DNA from: Pseudomonadales bacterium
GTDB lineage: Bacteria; Patescibacteriota; Microgenomatia; UBA1400; PJMF01
Assembly: GCA_020632255.1 (NCBI GenBank)
Contig: JACKFX010000002.1
Coordinates: 82,905 to 146,904, forward strand
Length of the DNA stretch: 64,000 nucleotides
Reading direction: 5' to 3'
Shown: one piece after another, positions 62,719-64,000 of the stretch
Position numbering within the stretch: the first letter of the stretch is position 1
Layout of the letters: each line of letters starts with the position of its first letter
Notes under the pieces: model-generated
What the model was told of the DNA's origin: nothing
The model's database searches: none
What the model saw: only the letters and a program-made list of their open reading frames with translations
Made by a program: the position numbers and the translations under genes

Positions 62719-64000
62719 ATGAAAGCCGAACAGATTAAAGTCCATGAAGAAACTGAACTTCAGAGGAAAGCGGAGAGAAACTATTTCACTCGGCTCGAAT
62801 CCTCCATATTATTACAGGATATTTTGTTACACACACAAAAACTTGTTTATAATGAAGAAGATCGGAGGCAAAGGGCTCAAGTCGATTATCAGCGTGCAAC
62901 AGCTATTTCAGTGCTTGCACAAAACGGATCGTATACCGAAGCCGTGCAATTACTTGACCAAATAGTATTTCCTTCTGCCAAAGCCAAAGCTCTTAGAAGC
63001 TTTTTGAAACATCTTTCCCATCGCTGTAGTGGCAAACAACTTACTAGTGAGATCACACTCTACGAGCATCTTCTCGAAACATATCTCACTATATTTTGGT
63101 ATGGATTTGATCATAGCAAAGAAGAAGCCTCCGTTCTCTTCGAACTCGTAGAACAAGTCAAATCTCTTGGGATCACTTCAGAAAAGTTACTCAAAGAAAT
63201 TAACAATTTCTACAAACACTTTTCGCAAAGTTTTGGAAATATGTTCAACTTTGATCGAGTTGATGGCTACGATGCTTTCAGTCAACTGTTGGCGGCAGTA
63301 CCTCCTCAGGATGAGATTTTTCTTACTGCAGACATTCTTAGAGAATGGAAAAAAGAGGAGCATCTCATCGTTACAGATGGCCATGACGCTGGAGTATTCA
63401 AAAAAACCTATGATCATATCTGTTCACTGGCCAACTTTGAATCAATCGATGAACTCTACACTGAGACACACAAATCTTCAACGTACCTTATCAAACGCCT
63501 CTCGCTCCTAGCACTGCTTACACAAGCAGCAACACTTAAACACCCTCTATTTGAACAAATTAAGGAAGAAGTGCTCAGCTTTTTACAAAAGCCAGCAATC
63601 TGGACAAATTATGAAGAACACGAAAAAAACGCACTTATTCGTACAGTATCAGCATTGCTGAACACAACTGTACACCCAGATCTTGTAGAAGATATCATCA
63701 ACACCGTACTCAAAGCAGAAGAAGAATTTGGAGATCACTACAGGATTTACACGTACGTCTATTTTGCTCAAACACTTAATTACCACGACCATACCAAAGC
63801 TCATACAGCGTTGCTGAAACGGCTGACCGAACAAGTAGCAGCATTCTATCCATCGGTTAGAATGCAACTTCTTGACTCAGAATTCGGCTTAGATAGCGCT
63901 AGCTACCTTGCCGCCTCAATCGAACAACTTACTGGTGTTTCGTCAGTGAATGATTTTCATGAAATTATTTCATCCATAACTCATATAGCTACTCAAAAAA
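62719..64000 (+). CDS. Hypothetical protein, at least 427 aa; the 3' end is cut by the window edge
   Basis: ATG at 62719 (MKAEQIKVHEETELQRKAERNYF...) is followed by a stop-free frame to position 64000. A TTGAAA, 16-nt spacer, TATAAT promoter-like sequence lies upstream. Absent from the ORF track because it is open at the edge. Track ORFs 62744..62965 and 63167..63511 are in other frames. Confidence 0.5.
   Translation, partial: MKAEQIKVHEETELQRKAERNYFTRLESSILLQDILLHTQKLVYNEEDRRQRAQVDYQRATAISVLAQNGSYTEAVQLLDQIVFPSAKAKALRSFLKHLSHRCSGKQLTSEITLYEHLLETYLTIFWYGFDHSKEEASVLFELVEQVKSLGITSEKLLKEINNFYKHFSQSFGNMFNFDRVDGYDAFSQLLAAVPPQDEIFLTADILREWKKEEHLIVTDGHDAGVFKKTYDHICSLANFESIDELYTETHKSSTYLIKRLSLLALLTQAATLKHPLFEQIKEEVLSFLQKPAIWTNYEEHEKNALIRTVSALLNTTVHPDLVEDIINTVLKAEEEFGDHYRIYTYVYFAQTLNYHDHTKAHTALLKRLTEQVAAFYPSVRMQLLDSEFGLDSASYLAASIEQLTGVSSVNDFHEIISSITHIATQK

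Noticed and set aside
62744-63511. Track ORFs 62744..62965, 62950..63156 (minus), 63167..63511 and 63187..63417 (minus)
   Set aside because: All sit inside, or antisense to, a single stop-free frame starting at ATG 62719 and running off the window edge. The long frame is the more parsimonious gene.
1-64000. CRISPR arrays, rRNA genes, IS elements, integrases
   Set aside because: I looked for evenly spaced direct repeats in every spacer longer than 100 bp, and for transposase or integrase-like ORFs. None was found. The only repeats are the palindromes and the GT39 fragment reported above.

Overview
This 64 kb window comes from an AT-rich bacterial genome that uses the standard genetic code (TGA terminates secD). 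The gene content looks Patescibacteria/CPR-like, but lineage is an inference. Housekeeping: truncated secF plus secD, an rseP-like site-2 protease, frr, rmlA, a histidinol-phosphate aminotransferase-like gene, apt, short-form metG, tatD, rmuC, a YbaK-like deacylase, a frameshifted inositol monophosphatase gene, and tRNA-Glu(CUC) with a near-consensus extended -10 promoter. Accessory content is large. (1) A four-gene carotenoid operon (phytoene desaturase, phytoene synthase, fused lycopene-cyclase-domain protein, polyprenyl synthase), with a TspO/CrtK-like gene about 8 kb away. (2) A cell-surface locus: a 2001-aa beta-helix/Ig-like giant protein, a TasA/camelysin-like protein with an AYFT SipW-cognate-like motif, further secreted proteins, and a CAP-domain protein. 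(3) An envelope glycosylation locus: a QxxRW processive GT2, two GT-C/PMT-like proteins, a WecA/MraY-type phosphotransferase, and a UbiA-family DPPR-synthase-like prenyl-phosphate pentosyltransferase. (4) DNA-metabolism genes: PolX, a convergent SNase-like nuclease, an HNH endonuclease, RmuC, TatD, and an operon encoding a UvrD-like helicase-nuclease, a DUF2130-like Zn-ribbon/coiled-coil/PD-(D/E)xK protein and two small proteins. Unusual sequence-level features: an RBS-preceded 89-codon ORF carrying two in-frame G8 tracts flanking nested palindromes, sitting behind a leader with a 23-bp perfect palindrome and a U9 tract; two related GC-rich perfect palindromes that begin ATGGCG; a truncated duplicate of a GT39 glycosyltransferase N-terminus; an HNH gene ending in a double stop followed by a coding-like in-frame extension; and a roughly 450 bp ORF-free gap. 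No rRNA genes, CRISPR arrays or transposases were seen. Every functional call rests on remembered family motifs, not on database searches.
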